Shown here piece after piece: positions 62,102-64,000 of a DNA stretch of 64,000 bases (position 1 is the first letter of the stretch; each line of letters begins with the position of its first letter). Below the pieces are notes generated by a model. The model did no database searches. It saw only the letters and a program-made list of their open reading frames with translations, and had not been told where the DNA came from. The stretch is from positions 22,988,225 to 23,052,224 of the forward strand of contig CM120640.1 in assembly GCA_051362555.1 (NCBI GenBank), in the 5' to 3' direction. Position numbers and translations under genes: made by a program. The stretch is from Lingula anatina (lineage: Eukaryota > Animalia > Brachiopoda).

Positions 62102-62699
62102 CTAGAACAAAAACACAGGATGGTGATTTGAAGTAGTTGCTTTGTCTTCAGGTCACCTTTTTTAAAGAAAACACATAACAGTGCAAATCCCTTATTCTGG
62201 TCACTTGATCTGCAATACCCAAGGACTGTTGATAACCAGTTCTGAAATAAATATTACTAATCCACTGGCACAGAAATGACAGAGACATTTTCACTTGATT
62301 TTAATATAAAAATATGGCTATAAAAAACAATTAAAATTACTTTTTCCATCAAAAATGTCCTTGCTGCCACTCCTTGCACCTTCAGAACCATAGTGCTGCA
62401 CATTTTTATTTCATTAGGTTGATGACAACACCAAGGGTAGCTATGTGATGTAACAATGCCCTTCTATGACTACATAAGTGACTGTTGATAAATCATTAAT
62501 TGTCCTAAAATTAGGCAAACCGCTTGTGTAACAATGGCAAAGAATCCTACTCATATTACAAAGAGAAAAGACCAAAAATGCCCCATATCCAATTGGTGTA
62601 AAAGTAATGGTTGAATCAGCCAGGAGTAATGTCTTCTTATGGTACAAGAGCAAACTTTTGTGAACTTATGCTGAGATAAACTATTGATGTAATACTATC

Positions 62700-63060
62700 A
62701 TGATCAGCAATTATCCCATAATACAACTGCAATTGTTGATATATAACAATGACATCAAATATCTCAACATCTGGACCCACTGATGTAACAATGCCAACAA
62801 TTGTAACCCCATTTGTTGGTGTAACAATGACAACAAACATCCCAAAATACAAATGTAATTGTTGATGTAACAATGACAAAATATATCCCATAATACAAAT
62901 GCAATTGTTGATGTAGCTATGACAGCAAATATCCCATAATGCAACTGTAATTGTTGTTGTAACTATGACAGTAAATATCCCATAATGCAACTGTAATTGT
63001 TGATGTAACTATGACAGCAAATATCCCATAATGCAACTGTTATTGTTGATGTAACAATGA
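62700..63060. repeat. Degenerate ~46-47-bp tandem repeat
   Basis: About 7 decaying copies of aaatatcccataatgcaactgtaattgttgatgtaactatgacag. Confidence 0.8.
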
Positions 63061-63178
63061 GAGAATAAATGATGACACAACAATGGGTAATGCCACACTA
63101 AATGTTGACAACCAGCAATGTTTCTGAGTACTGGTTTCTGAGCAACACAATAATTTCCCATAATACACCAGTAATTCC

Positions 63179-64000
63179 ATGACAGCAACCATCACATTTG
63201 GCCAATGTGCGACAGTAACTAGTATGACTGGTGTTATAATATTAACAACCACGATTATTCTTGTGTATAACCAGCAAGTAACTGCTTATAGTGCCTGTGA
63301 ATTTGCCAAGGATGCCATGCGAGATGGCAGCACAGGGGAGGCTATTCTTTTGGAAGCTGGACAGACTATACAGCTGTCTTGCAAGCTGTGGTGAGATGGC
63401 TTATGATTTCCTTAGAAAAATTATCAGTAACTATTTTGCTACAAATAAAATAATGACAGGTTTTGTGTTTAGTCCTAAAGATTCCTTAATTTTTTCATTA
63501 AAAAATCGCTACAAAATTAAAAAGTTGATCTACAATGACAGAAATATTCATATCTTTCTAATTAAAAGTTTTGACCTTGTCAACTTATCTTTTTAATAAA
63601 CCTAAACAGTTTTATTCTGAACTTATCTAATTTAATGAAAGAAATTTAGCAATTTTCTACAATCCATATCACTCACAGTGCACTTTTTCCATTAAAAAGG
63701 GGGCATAAAGATATCTACCTCACAAAAATTTGACCCTTTCAAAATAAACAAAAAATCAATATGAAAAAATTATTTTGTAAGCACAAAGACAACTGAGGGT
63801 GTTAAGTGGAAAAGAAGTCTCCTAATTAAACCTCGTGAAGAAACCATCGCCATAGACAAGGACCACTTTTTCCTGTCAGAGGACCAAAACCTGGTGGTAA
63901 GGTCTATTGGTCTGGAAGATGCAGGACAGTACAAATGTCAAAGAGGTAGTATGTTAGAAGCCTCTTATTTCATCGATGTTCTCAAGAATGAAAAAAAGAC
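63179..64000 (+). CDS. Ig V-like domain protein (FAM187A-like), 5' exons with an apparent frameshift; runs off the window
   Basis: Exon 1 is 63179 (or 63224)-63390: a hydrophobic leader, then AILLEAGQTIQLSCKL, TG|gtgag. Exon 2 starts at 63782 with CTKTTEGVKWKR, then continues in another frame as NLVVRSIGLEDAGQYKC (Ig D-x-G-x-Y-x-C motif). The frame switches near 63820-63830. Confidence 0.65.

Noticed and set aside
62637-62990. Hydrophobic repetitive ORFs
   Set aside because: They are translations of the degenerate 46-47-bp tandem repeat.

Overview
AT-rich, intron-containing eukaryotic DNA from an invertebrate animal, probably marine or lophotrochozoan-like (inferred only from gene and repeat content). 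No prokaryotic operons, CRISPR arrays or RNA genes were seen. Gene models were spliced by hand using GT-AG sites and phase continuity; family names come from recognised motifs, not database searches. In order: (1) the 5' part of a FYB/ADAP-like proline-rich adaptor (minus strand); (2) a type II membrane protein with a single coding exon and fungal beta-mannosyltransferase (GT91/BMT)/GH130-like motifs; (3) two tandem secreted C-type lectin genes, CTLD-TSP1-PAN and CTLD-PAN; (4) a 14-exon, ~894-aa secreted protein with two CARDB-like domains, Met/Asp/Gly-rich regions and a Gly/Tyr/Asp tail; (5) the 3' part of EPS15/EPS15L1 (minus strand). A 15.5-kb EPS15 intron holds a 4-kb Helentron-type element with a 146-bp satellite and a nested antisense GT-A glycosyltransferase gene. 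(6) At the window end is a frameshifted Ig-domain (FAM187A-like) gene. Several MITEs, a 34-bp minisatellite and local tandem duplications are also present. The strongest candidates for undescribed biology are the GT91-like enzyme lying tail-to-tail with the lectin pair, and the CARDB/Gly-Tyr secreted protein.
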